From Octopus bimaculoides (lineage: Eukaryota), in assembly GCF_001194135.2 (NCBI RefSeq), contig NC_068982.1, forward strand, positions 60,816,047 to 60,874,554: 58,508 bases of DNA. Reading direction: 5' to 3'. The translations under genes were made by a program, and so were the position numbers. The number at the start of each line of letters is the position of its first letter. The stretch's first letter is position 1. Under the pieces are notes generated by a model that worked only from the letters and a program-made list of their open reading frames with translations, was not told where the DNA came from and did no database searches. Of the stretch, positions 11,959-24,599 are shown in pieces.

Positions 11959-12392
11959 TAAGTATATTTATATATTTAGCAGACAACACCTGTTGAAGCT
12001 ATTAATTCTATGATGTGATCTGAACCAGCAAATGAGAACACTCTTTATTACTCACTAGCCAATGACAATATAACTTACATTGAAGTTGTGAAAGAGCTTT
12101 CTTACTCACAAGCAGATATCTGAATGACCAGAAGTGCTTTTTTTTTCCATTTTTGTGAAATTTCAAGTTTTCTGATTCTGAATCAACTTGCTAATACAAA
12201 TAATATAAACTCTATAAAATGTGTTCAGTGTCCTTTCCTAAATGTATCTATCTATCTGTCTATTTATCTCTCCCTCTCTTTCTCTCTTTTTAGGTGTATA
12301 TGTATATGTACATACATACATACATACATACATACATACATACATACATACATACATACATACATACATACATACGTACCTACATACATGAT

Positions 12393-12690
12393 ACATATCA
12401 TCATCATCATCATTTAATAGCCATTTTCTATGCTGGCGTAAGTTGGATGGTTTGACAGGAACTAGCCAGCCTGAGAGCTGCACCAGACTTCACTTGACTG
12501 TTTTGGCTTGGTTTCTATGGCAGGATACTTTTCTAATGTCAGTCACTTTACAGAATGGAATGGACATCTTCTATGTAGCACCAGCATGGGTGCTATACAT
12601 GTGGCACCAGCACAGGTGCTACATATATGGCACTGACACAGGTGCTTTTTATGTGGCACTGGCAAGGGTGCACTTTATGCGGCACTAGCA
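12393..12690 (-). mobile_element. RTE LINE 3' UTR fragment with (GAT)n tail
   Basis: (CAT)n then tttaatagccattttctatgctggcgtaagttggatgg; diverged relative of 2881-3370. Confidence 0.75.
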
Positions 12691-13032
12691 CCTGTGATTT
12701 TGCAAGACAAGGGCCTCTTGGCTGATAGGGGGAGGGGGAGGAGGGCATCTATGTCATACTCATATATATANNNNNNNNNNNNNNNNNNNNNNNNNNNNNN
12801 NNNNNNNNNNNNNNNNNNNNNNNNNNNNNNNNNNNNNNNNNNNNNNNNNNNNNNNNNNNNNNNNNNNNNNNNNNNNNNNNNNNNNNNNNNNNNNNNNNNN
12901 NNNNNNNNNNNNNNNNNNNNNNNNNNNNNNNNNNNNNATAAGTGCTGCATGTATTGGTATTCTACAGAAAAGAAAGGAATTTGTGAACATAGGAAAGCTG
13001 TGAAGACACCTTAAAAAATGGAGCAAAATTTT

Positions 13033-13095
13033 CTTTAGAAGATGGGAAAAAGTGGCCAGCAGAGGCCTGCTAACCCCTTTTTTCCATCTTTAAAG
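13033..13095. other. 63-nt fold-back hairpin (26 bp)
   Basis: CTTTAGAAGATGGGAAAAAGTGGCCAGCAG-aggc-CTGCTAACCCCTTTTTTCCATCTTTAAAG pairs with one bulge, one mismatch and a 2x2 internal loop. Confidence 0.6.
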
Positions 13096-13164
13096 GGCAT
13101 TTACCTGATTTTCTAAGTTGTCTTCACAGATCTTGTGTTTGAGAATTCCTTTATTTTCCATTCA

Positions 13165-13197
<33 letters not shown>

Positions 13198-15124
13198 AAA
13201 GTGATGCGAGAGTGTTCTGTGATAATATTTGGTGCCAAGTCATCACTGGTTATTGATTTATTGATACACTGTTCTTGTGTGTCTTTCTAATCATCCATTT
13301 TTCAGTGCAATTTTTTGATGACAATAATCTTTTCTTATACTAATAACATTAGATAAATTTAGTGGCCACTTTTCTTCTTTCATCTATTGCGTATACATAA
13401 TTTCATAAGGTATTAGAGAGACATCAACCTAGATCAGGATTTACATAAATGAAATGAAGAACATGGTCTTGCATCTTTCTTAGTGTTTGGGTTTACACCA
13501 AATATTGTTTTAATTCTATGTTTTACTTATACCTTATATAGTCTTGTTAACTCATGCACAAACTACTTTTCATCTCTTATACATTGATAATCTTATACTA
13601 AGTATAAACTTACCTTCTTTGAACTAACAATGGAACCTCTGTATCAGTTGTTTCTGACCTGGGATTTGTGTGTATCCCTGGGGGGTTCCAGATAAGTGGT
13701 ACAAAATATCTTTGTGCTGGGTTCATAATTTCAAAAGGCTGCAGTGTAATATGTATAACTACTCAGTTATGTACATTTTTCAAATGAGAAGTAACAGAGT
13801 TTGTTGTTAGTAAATAAAAATGGTTTGTTGAGTAGGCAGACTTTAAAAAACCTGGGATCTGTTGGAAAATTCATTTAAATGAAAAGGTCTTTGATTGAGA
13901 ATCAGTGTTCTTTGTAATTGCTTCACTAACTAGAAATAGCAGACAAATCTCTCATACCACACATCTTAACATTTTAAAATAAGGAGAAAGGACACACTGG
14001 CTTCTGCAGCAATTTTTGATATACAAAAGGACAGGGTGGTCAATATTGGAATGCTTTAATCATAGATTTGTTCATGAAGGGCTGACCTGAGACTGAACAG
14101 TAACTTTAATAACAACACACTGTTCTATCTACATATAGGATGCCATGAAGGATACTGTCTGCTAGGTCTTTGAGCAACTGTGTTTTCTGAAGACTGATCA
14201 TCTTTTCTTTTCTAATAGTACTTCATTTATTTGTGATTTCTCTGAAATATATGTCCCTTTCAACCATAGACACATTTGATGTTTACATCTCCCTACTTGC
14301 CATTACACCTACTGTCCTACTTGTTGAACCCATGTACTGAATACTCATTTTTTTTTTATCATAATAAAGAAAAAGTGGGATAAAAACTTCCAGAGGAAGA
14401 AGATAAAATGAGTCAGTATAAAATCACATATCTATGCATATGTGTGTATGTGTTTGTATACAGTATGTATGTTGTGTCTGTACAAATTATATAAAATTGT
14501 TAGTTAGGTGAAAATATTTAAACCTCCATTGGACAGTGAAGATCACATGGATGCTTCAGCAAACCAGTGATAGTTTTTTCATTGCATGCTCCACGTGGTA
14601 GAGCAGACAGGATGTTTGCACCAGTTAGTCAGTGTTCTATAGGGTGTGACATTTCAGTAACTTACTACAGGGTGCCATCAGGTCATATATTAGTTTGTGT
14701 GGCTGCATGGTATAGATATAGATGAGAGGTAGTAAGACCCAATTATTGTATGCAAGATACTCATTTATGTCACTATGAGTGGGATTATAATCTCTGCAAT
14801 TGTGAAAGGCCTAGAGTGGTATTTCTAGATTATCAGAAGCTAGTAGCAAATAGGTCATTAGCAGGTCATATCTCTGATGACAATAATAGACATATTCCTA
14901 TACAAAGCATTATAACTTTCAGCGCTATCTTTAAATTCTGTAGAGAATCTGTAGAGAAGCGGAGGACACAATATTAACTTATAAACCTTTAATATACTTA
15001 ATAGTAGTTTATGGCAGGAAAACGAAATATGGTGTCCCTACCAGCAATTAATCTATAAATATAATGATGCCCATCTAGGTACTCACAATATTAAGGACTT
15101 GGAAACACTTTAATACTTTAGTGC

Positions 15125-15322
15125 TTAAACAGGCCATATCCAACCCAAATACTGTTTTATAGTCAAACCAGCCAGATCAAGCCTTTCATACCCATAATGT
15201 TACTCTAAAAATAAACAATCATGTCATCAAAATCTTAAACCCACAAGATAATACGTGATTAATTCAAAACAATGTGAATAAATAAGAATTACATTTAATA
15301 AAGCGATCTGAATGCTAAAGGG
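15125..15322. mobile_element. piggyBac-like MITE, one TIR missing
   Basis: Ends AATGCTAAAGGG followed by TTAA; same family as 50732-50928. Confidence 0.6.
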
Positions 15323-16344
15323 TTAAACATTTAGGACTCTCTAGGTGCCATAGTTTGTGATGATCTTTATATAACACAGAAATATAACTGACACCAGAGT
15401 TTATTCTTTCATGGCACAAATCATTACTTCTTCAGTGGGCTATATATCCTATATATTTAAGTTACTTGTTGAAGGTAAGCCATATATTTATGTAAATATA
15501 CATACCATTTCATTCTCCTCCTTCAATAATCGATTTCTATCAAAGATACAAAGCCACACAATTTAGTAGGCTGTTACAGTCAATTATATTGACTCCAGTA
15601 ATTGACTATACTTAAATTATCGAACCCAGATGATAAAAGGCAAAATTGATCCTGAAAGGATTCAGATTCAGAATATAAAGGGACATAACTAAATACTACA
15701 ATGCCTTTTGTCTGACACTCAACATATTCTGCCAATCCACCTCTCTCGAATCATCAAAATTAGCAATAAAAGCCATTACAGCTTATTGATATATTTCAAG
15801 TAAGCACATATGCATATATTGATTAAATAATGATTTACAGACTTTTCCAAGATACCTCTCCCAATTACTTCACCTATACGGTGGACTTGCTTGACCCCTT
15901 GATTGTTTCACTTTATATAATTTTTACCAGTTGACTTTTTGGGTATTGCCCAAGTTGCAAATTAAATATATATATATATTTGGTGGATTGGTGGGGAAAG
16001 GGATGGGGGAGTATTTTTTTTTTTTCAATCCTGATTACTGACATCTGGTAAATGTTAGCCAAATTTTAGCAGCCACGCCTCCTGTTATTGGAATCCATTC
16101 AATACGGTTTTGATCATTTCTTTTATTTTAAATACTGCTGCTTAAAAACATATTAAGCTATTTCATCAAATAATGCCAGTTTATTACAATGGAAAAGAAT
16201 GCAAAATAAATATACAAAAGCTTATAATTTCTAAAACAGTATAATTATTTTTTTGTTCTAATATATAACTATTGTGGTGTTATGATATAATGACCTCAAC
16301 TGTTATTTAAAAAAAAACATTATTTCTACAAGTGACAATGAAAT

Positions 16345-16562
16345 AATAGTTTCAAATTTTGGTACATGGTCAGCAATTCTAGGGGAGGATTATGTCGATT
16401 ACTTCGGCCTCAGAGCTCAAATGGTACATATTTTATTGACCTTAAAAGGATGAAGGGCAAAGCTGACCCCAGTAGAATTTGAACTCAGAATGTAAGGAGC
16501 TGGATGAAATGCTACTAAGCATTTTGTCTGATGTACTAATGATTCTGCCAGCTCACCCCCTT
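16345..16562 (-). mobile_element. SINE family A
   Basis: aaaaggatgaagggcaaagctgaccccagtagaatttgaactcagaa..gattctgccagctcacc. Confidence 0.85.
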
Positions 16563-16668
16563 GAATGGAATAATATGGACAATTACTCAAAGCTCTTAGA
16601 CAAAATACAACCTTCAACAAACTAATGGAGAAACCCTGTTCAGTACACTTTCTGTGACACAACAGTAG

Positions 16669-16691
16669 TAACCCTAACCCTAACCCTAACC
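16669..16691. repeat. Short interstitial telomere-like repeat (TAACCC)3TAACC
   Basis: Direct inspection; CAGTAG at 16663-16668 and again at 16691-16696. Confidence 0.85.
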
Positions 16692-17020
16692 AGTAGCAAC
16701 TTGGTGTGTTTGGCTACCAGCCGAGGCTCCACTGCTTGTCAGGCTAAGAAAAGCAAACTATCAAAGTGTAAGTGACTCTCTGACAGGTTTCTGGTCAAGC
16801 CTGAGACAGTGGAGACCTCTGACATTTTCAACCCCAGACCATATCCTTGCTCACCACTATTGGAGTGGAGATGGTTATTTGTAAGCACAAGTCCCATGAG
16901 TCAGAGTGGCTGTTCCAATGCATTTCATTGACCATCGTCCAGGGCAATACCTTTTCCATTTTGTCTGCTGGGACCATTAGGCAGTCTGAATTACAAGGAA
17001 TTATACATTCCATTCCTTAA
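16692..17020 (+). mobile_element. CRE-clade non-LTR retrotransposon 3' remnant (restriction-like endonuclease region)
   Basis: Frameshifted translation STACQAKKSKLSKCK*LSDRFLVKPETVETSDIFNPR ... ESEWLFQCISLTIVQGNTFSILSAG resembles the AE..K..KY / P.A.ET.G..G / LFQR+S+A+.RGNA motifs. Confidence 0.6.
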
Positions 17021-17040
17021 TGTAAGGTTACTCCTTACGA

Positions 17041-17275
17041 ATTACTTACTCTTTACTCTTTTACTTGTTTCAGTCATTTGACTGCAACCATGCTGGAGCA
17101 CTGCCTTTAGTCCAGTAAATCGATCCCAGGACTTATTCTTTGTAAGCCTAGTACTTATTCTATCGGTCTCTTTTGCCGAACCGCTAAGTTACAGGGACGT
17201 AAACACACCAGCATTGGTTGTCAAGCGAGGTTGGGGGGACAAACACAGACACACAAACACCCACACACATATATA
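17041..17275 (-). mobile_element. SINE family B, 3' half, low divergence
   Basis: actctttactcttttacttgtttcagtcatttgactgcaaccatgctggagcac..gccgaaccgctaagttac. Confidence 0.85.
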
Positions 17276-17746
17276 TACTTGGTTAAATTCCTTTCTTTTT
17301 TTTGTTTCTTTTTTGAAAATCTAACCATTATTGGTGCCATCTCTTTCTGTAACTTTTGTTGCTGTTGCTGTTTAGCTCTTGGCTAACCTTGACAGAACAT
17401 GATTATGAGGATTATGATCAATGGCATTCCAGCTTCCAGCAGTGTTTTTTTCTTTTCAAATACAGTGTAACTAGGACTACATCAGCATCAGGTATGAGCT
17501 CCGCTATATCTAAGATAGAAAATATGGCAGTTTTTCCTATTTGGTTGACAACCATATAGCAATTCCTGGATTACCATGTAGATGTTGAAAGGAAGAGGAA
17601 ATAACATTAGAACAACTAAAGACAATTCAGTACTTGTATGACCAAAGCAATTTCTTCCATTGAAAAATAGACATAAGTAGGAATATGCATATGTATGTAT
17701 GTATATTTTATATACATAATACACATATATATACATACATGTATGA

Positions 17747-17778
<32 letters not shown>

Positions 17779-18038
17779 ATATATATATGTGTGTGTGTGT
17801 GTGTGTGTATGTGTATTTATATACATGTATTTATAAGATGTGTACATATACATACACATATGTATATGTGTGTGTGTGCATATAATCCAAATTAAGGGAA
17901 TGGAGCAGGTAAAATCCAGGTTACATATGTTTCCTAGCTAGCAGAACCTCAGAAGTAATAATTACTCAATGAGGGGTACTCCACAAGCTACTCATCAAGT
18001 TGAAGATATCTTAGTTAAATGAAAGTTACATTGTCATT

Positions 18039-18392
18039 GTGGAGGCGCAATGGCCCAGTGGTTAGGGCAGTGGACTTGCGGTCATAGAATCACGGTTTCG
18101 ATTCCCAGACCGGGCGCTGTGAGTGCTTATTGAGCGAAAACACCTAAAGCTTCTCGAGGCTCCGGCAGGGGATGATGGCAAACCCTGCTGTACTCTTTCA
18201 CCACAACTTTCTCTCACTCTTACTTCCTGTTTCTGTTGTGCCTGTAATTCAAAGGGCCAGCCTTGTCACACTGTGTCACGCTGAATATCCCGAGAACAAC
18301 ATTAAAGGTACACGTATCTGTGGAGTGTTCAGCCACTTGCCCGTTAATATCATGAGCAGGCTGTTCTGTTGACGGGAGTGCCAACAACAACA
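18039..18392 (+). mobile_element. tRNA-derived SINE family C, full length, (CAA)n tail
   Basis: A box TGGCCCAGTGG, B box GGTTTCGATTCCC; 11-bp TSD ACATTGTCATT at 18028-18038 and 18393-18403. Confidence 0.9.
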
Positions 18393-20939
18393 ACATTGTC
18401 ATTAAGGAATCTCAAGTTAACTTGCTGGAAATATAATTTTAAATGAATGATGAAGCCAGGAGAATGGAGTGTAAAAACAAAATAGAAAAACATGTATGAA
18501 GAAATAAAATGGTCAGTAATAGAAAAATAAAAGAGGTCAAAAACATGGGAGTGGGTAATTGTCTAAAGTTGTTAAGAATAAAGAAAAGGAGTGGGGTAGA
18601 GGGGGAATTTAGGTCAGCTGGATGGATAGATACTGACTGGGGTTATTTTGCTATGTCAACAGTGAATAAATATATTATAGCACCCATGCATAGACATTTA
18701 TACTGAATCTAAAGAAAAGAAAAGAATTTCTAGAAGTGAAATGGTCAAGAATGAGAAGAAAAAGAAGAGAAGAGGTCAAATATTTAGAAGTGGGAGTAAG
18801 GTGGATTTGCTAGGAAAGAAGACAAGGGAAGAAAGAGGAGATGGGTGATAAAGTTACCAGTCATTAGAGGAACATAGCAATCATAAGTAAATTGGTGGCT
18901 TACTGCTTAATAGTAAAACTATATATTCACATATTTGTGTGCACGTGTGTACGTTCTCTGTGCACCTATAGTATCCTATAGGTATGCATGCATGCACATG
19001 CACCTGTATATTTTTATGTGCAGAGAGGAAGGTGTATGTTACAAATACATAGACAAGCTTCAAGTGGAGGTGAGAGGAATAATTAGGGAATAATTGGGGA
19101 GAGTGCTAATATTTGCACCTTAAGAATGTGTTATATAACTTGTGTTTGCAATTAAGAATTAAGTTGCTCTGTTCATTCAGGCAATTGCTGCATTGCATAA
19201 GAGATAAGACTTCTGTGATGCAGAGATAAGACTTCATTTGTTGTCATAACTGTTATACAGCTTTGCATTGGCATTTTAAATTGTATAGAACCAAGGGATC
19301 TCTTCTGTTTGGCTGGACCTATGAAAATTCTAAAGTTTAGTGAAAATTTTAAAATTTGGTGCATATATGTAATTTTCCACATTGAATCTTTACTTTTTCC
19401 AGAAAAATTCTTACTAAAAGTTACAGAGGTTTAAAGCTGGATAATTTTTACCCAGTCAGAAAACAAGATTTGGAAGCTGTCATCTTGTATGTGACAGCAA
19501 GTGCTGTCAACTGTAAACAAATGAAATATTGGTGGAATCCAGCTTTATGCACATCATATAACCCATCATAACTTTTTAATTTTTCGGAATTTTCTGAAAA
19601 TTTTTGCAAATCTATATTCAATACATGGGAATTCAAATGATAATGCAAAAACCCAGAAAAAAAAGAAAGTTTTCATGTGTGATTTAAAGCCTATTTAGCT
19701 GTTATTTTTAGCACATGTCATACTGCATGTGTTTTAAGCATTTAATAAGCAACAAAAAGAACACATGGTAAGAAGCTTGGTAACAGCTTTGCTTGTTACT
19801 ATGGAAGCAGATACCTATATGTCCGTGGCTTTTGATTGGCTAAGATTACCCCAAATTTGCAAATTTTAAAAGCTATTAATTCTTTATCCATTTATGGCAG
19901 AAATGAATTTTATGTCAATGATTACTTTACAAAACTTCACCATTACATCAAATATGAAATCAATTGGAACAAAAATTGAAGAAACTGAAAAGTAGCAACC
20001 AAACAGAAATGATCCAAACTGAGTTTTGTTTTAAGTTATGAATGAGCCGAGATAAAGAAGTGCTGTTAGTTCTCACTTAAGATTTAAAGCTAGAATAGTG
20101 CTTACAAACTCTGACCTTGTACGTGAATACCATACACTTATATACAATATTTTTTGTAAAGCATCTATTATCTAAGGGAAAGGAGGGGACGTTTACAGCG
20201 ACATAGGATTCTAGAAAATGCTAAAGTGGAGTTTGCAGAGTTATGATTATCTAGGGATTAACTTGGTGTTATATGCATTATCTGCCGCAGCGTTAGGATT
20301 GGTATTTATTAGGGTGGTCATCCAGGGGATGTAGCTTATAATAGTTCTCACTTCCAGTTATATAATTCCTATCATTGTCTATTTCAGTGATGGGTATAGC
20401 TGGATCACTAAGTTTCTTATTGTTAAGTTGCTGGATTATACCAGTAATGTTAATTGTGATGGAGTCAGAAAATCTAATTGATTGGATTTTTATTCACATT
20501 CACAACAACTCTATATGCTAACCATGAACTATAAAATAACTTTGTTTAGCTTTAAAAAAAAACATAATATAAGAAAACACTATGCCTATCACACCAAACC
20601 ACAAATTCACTCTTAGTATATATTAAAAAACCACAAGATTGGAGAAGCTTTTCATTATGTATCTAACTTTTTTCTCCATTTGTGCTCCAGCATTCATGCT
20701 TACTAATAATACACATACATTTGAGCAAGCACACAATATATCTTTCCAGCCTTTGCAAGTCTTTTGCATTCAAAGCTCAATACCTCACAGCATTATGTAA
20801 TTTGCCCTTCATTCTGAGAGCAGAACTGTTTGTTGACAGCAGAAGTTACAGCTTCCTAAACTTTTTCCATTTCATTCTTGCTTTGGCTGCAATACCTTCA
20901 AACTACCACCTCTATTACCGGTAATGGCATCTAGGTAAC

Positions 20940-21515
20940 AGAAGCTATTGCCTATTCCTATGGAATCTTCTACCCATGTGAAAAAATATATTCATGTATA
21001 CTTATATCAATAATTATAGCTGTGCATTCACCATATACAGAATCTGTTTTAGTCTTTAGCCAGGCTATAATTTCACTGCATCACTTATTCATCTATACCT
21101 TGCATTGGATATACCATATAAAATATCTATCAACTCATTTTCTGCCTATCAAGTACATCCATTTCCCTGATTGTAACAGTCTTAACTTGTTTCCTATTTA
21201 CTGTATCTACATTGAGGCCTCTCAATTCCAAGTTTTGTTTCCATATCTGGAATTTCTTTCTAAATATTCTACAGATTCAGCAATGAAGACTAGGACTTCA
21301 GCAAACAAGAGTTCCCATGAACAATCATTCTTAAACTCTTCTAAAGAATTATAATAAACAGGAGGTAAGAAGGCTCAGAATTGAGCCTTAATAGACATTT
21401 TCCTGCATGATAATTTATTGCTGCATGATAATTTATTGCCAGACTCATTACCAGCTTTCACCTTTCTGAAGCTAATTCTGTACATGTTTAGTATGGTTCA
21501 CAAACCATTCATGTC
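20940..21515 (-). mobile_element. Decayed RTE LINE reverse transcriptase fragment
   Basis: Minus translation EEFKNDCSWELLFAEVLVFIAESVEYLE (decayed YADD region) and an SGKW..IGRK.V..CK cysteine-rich segment. Confidence 0.75.
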
Positions 21516-21519
21516 CACC

Positions 21520-21730
21520 TAGTTTTCTTGACCTTATATTCAAACGGACTATACCTCTCTATTATTTATCATTTCACAAAGCCTAAAGGATTTAGAGTGG
21601 ACATTAACAGATTGAAACAACACTTGGACGTTTTGATTGTCTAATATCCTGGATGAAGATGCCCCTCAGGAAGCATTACATATGAGAACAGCAGCATCAA
21701 ACACTTTCAATTGCCAAATACCAAACTCAG
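21520..21730 (+). mobile_element. CR1/L2-like LINE ORF 3' remnant
   Basis: VDINRLKQHLDVL..ILDEDAPQEALHMRTAASN resembles F..LD.FL..IPDEP..RAA.SNS LINE C-termini. Confidence 0.5.
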
Positions 21731-22409
21731 TGTAAAAACTACAATATCATTGCTTTATGATCCCACCATATCTGCACTCACATTTGAATGTTAGGAGCTT
21801 TGACAAATAATATTTTTAAAGCAATTATTAGAGGGCATTTTAAGCAGAGCACTTTGTTAAGGAAATGAATACCCCATTTTATGAATTTCATCAAATATTT
21901 TTGGGGAGCTTTTTATCTTATTTATTTATTTATTTAATTGCTTGTTTGTTAGTTAGTTATTCAGTTAGTTTGTTTGTTTGTTTATAGCTGACATAGACCA
22001 TTGCTTTCCTTAAATTCTGTTTTATGTCTTTTTAGCCTCTAAGCTTTAGAAAGATTAGCTGTTATCCATTTTAACATTTTCAGCAATGACACAAAGAAAC
22101 TTAAACATACTCACATAGCTTATTTAGTGATATTAAATGGATAAGAGAATTTATGCAATGAATAGCAATAATATATCTACATAAAATGTATTATATAGAA
22201 ACACATTTTTAGATATTTTTAAAATAAAATTGTCACAAATGACTGTAATAATGCTTTGTAGAAATAGAAATAGATGTTATTATGTTTCAGATCTGATATT
22301 AAACAAATGTAATCTATAAATAATATTGAATGCTCTAAGTTCAAACTACTTAACTATAAGATCCAACTTAAGATTACCTCCATTCACTGATATGTCAACA
22401 TGAGCTTAC

Positions 22410-22446
22410 TTTCTTCAATTACTTTGGTTTCAGTGTCTTTATCATT
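22410..22446 (-). CDS. Candidate 37-nt exon (NDKDTETKVIEE)
   Basis: Minus: ccttcaatttggttttttgtttctgacag|exon|gtaagc; one open frame, phase 0 to 1. Confidence 0.3.
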
Positions 22447-23253
22447 CTGTCAGAAACAAAAAACCAAATTGAAGGGAAAATATAAACAACAGCAAATGAG
22501 AGGATGATTGGGTTTCTTGCCCATAAGCATTAAACTTATTGGTTCTCAAAGCTTTTATTTTTATTTATTTTTCTATTAAAGGCCATCTTAGTTTGTAGCC
22601 ACCATGTAAGTATTTAAAAACAGAAAAATAGTATCAATGAAAATAAATAAATATAGGTTAAATGTTACTTTGCTTATTTATTTGAATGGATTTAAGGAGA
22701 ATCTATGAGATAATTTATCACTTTTTACAATATTACCCAGAATGTTTATATTCCTGGTTGAAGTGAAATAACTTGCAGGAACAATTCATACAAAAATAAA
22801 TAAATAGATAAATAAAATAAAAAAGAAAATAAAAGGAAGGAAAAAAAACGTTTGTTTTGGAAAAGTTTAATTTCCTTTTTAGATCAATCAGTAATGGCAA
22901 TAAATGACCAGAAAGACCCAGCTGTACTAAAAACTAATCAAAGATTTCCTCAGCCAAACCTAGAGTCATCATTAAGGTGGAGAAGATATATTATATTCTA
23001 TCCAAAATTCATTGTACTGACATCAGCTTATTAGATAAGTTGCTGCTTTTGAAACAATTGCGTTCTCTCTCTCTATCTCTTCCTTACTCTCTTTCTCCAT
23101 CCCCCCTTCCTTGCTCACTATTTATCTCACAGACAGGAGAAAAATAACACGGTTAATAAAGGTAAAAAATGAAATATATCGGCTTTAGTGAGTGTGTATG
23201 TGTGTGTATGAATGCCTGTCTGTATGTGTGAAAGAGATAGATAGATAGGTAGG

Positions 23254-23300
<47 letters not shown>

Positions 23301-23546
23301 GAGGGACACACAAAGACAAACAGACAGACAGACAAGCAGGCAGACAGATAGATAGATAGATAGACAGATAGATAGATAGATAGATAGACAGATAGATAGA
23401 TAGACAGATAGATAGATAGACAGAAAAAGGGAGAGAAAGATAAATAGAAAATATTCTCACATCAACTCTCCCTGTCTCTCTCTCCCTCTTTCTCTCTCTC
23501 CCTCTTTCTCTCTCTCCCTCTTTCTCTCTCTCCCTCTTTCTCCCTC

Positions 23547-23591
<45 letters not shown>

Positions 23592-23881
23592 ATCTGTCTA
23601 TAACTAGACTAAATGCATCTATTACATGTATCACTTAAATTTAAAACCAATTTATTGAATGCTTTTGTGAGAAGATATATTAAACTTCCATTAAATTTCT
23701 TGCTCAGTCAAATCTTTCCTTAACAGACTTCCAATAACTTTACTTCTGGTGACAAATTGTCAAAAGATTTTTAAAAATAGATTGAAGGTGAAATATCAGA
23801 TAGCAAGGATACTATAATCAAAATACAAATTCTTTTAAACTATACTGTTTTTTCACTAAATAATTCTGCTTTATTATAGAT

Positions 23882-24036
23882 GCAGGTATGGCTCTATGCT
23901 AAAAGATTTGCTTCCCAGCCTCATGATTTCAAGTTCAATCCCACCATATGACACCTTGAGCACCTTCTACTATAGCCTCAGACCAACCAGTCTTGTGCTT
24001 TGATTTGGTAGACAAAGACTAAAAGAAGCCCATCAT
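23882..24036 (+). mobile_element. SINE family B, 5' half
   Basis: gcaggtatggctctatgctaaaag..caagttcaatccc..cttctactatagcct..aaagaagccc. Confidence 0.75.
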
Positions 24037-24599
24037 ACAACTGTCAGACAAACAGTAGTGTGAAACTCTGAGTAAGAGTTTGTGAAGATTTTTCAGCTTT
24101 AATAAAAGGTATATTATTCAGCCTTTGGTTTTGGAGTACAATTTTTTCTCCCTTGTTTTGCATTTTTGTGCTTACTTGTGTGTATTTAAATACATGCACA
24201 CACAATTCTTACAAACATCAAGTAGATAGTTAACTACTTACAAACACCATTCTCCCCATTCTTACAAACACCAAGTAGATAGTTAACTCATTTCATGATC
24301 ATGAGCGCACAAAACCTCACATGTGTGTATGCTCACATTTTCATGGATGCTTGTATGAGCGAGTGTACTCGCACCATGCAGCTTACCCAAGGGCGTTTAT
24401 ACATCCATATTTGTTAATGGTTATTTTTAATATTTTTCTCACTGTATTGCATGTTCCTTTTTCTCCTTTTTTTTTCATCTGTGATTTTATTTTTGATCTT
24501 CTATATAAATGATGATATTTCCTCTGACTGGCTACTTTTCTTTCAACAAAACAATAAGTTACATTGCAGAACTGTTGTCTTAACAAGTTGGATCTATTT

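Noticed and set aside
19150-20090. Possible DNA transposon with an internal inverted repeat (ggatc..ttctgtttgg at ~19297 and ~20010)
   Set aside because: The similarity could not be extended to defined TIRs or a TSD by eye
20180-20490. Minus-strand ~60-codon open stretch (KIQSIRFSDSITINI..YYKLHPLDDHP)
   Set aside because: No clear splice sites or motif; probably a decayed retroelement ORF, family not assignable
21403-21438. Short local tandem duplications (also 19200-19232, 24203-24287, 49676-49740)
   Set aside because: Ordinary slippage duplications inside decayed repeats
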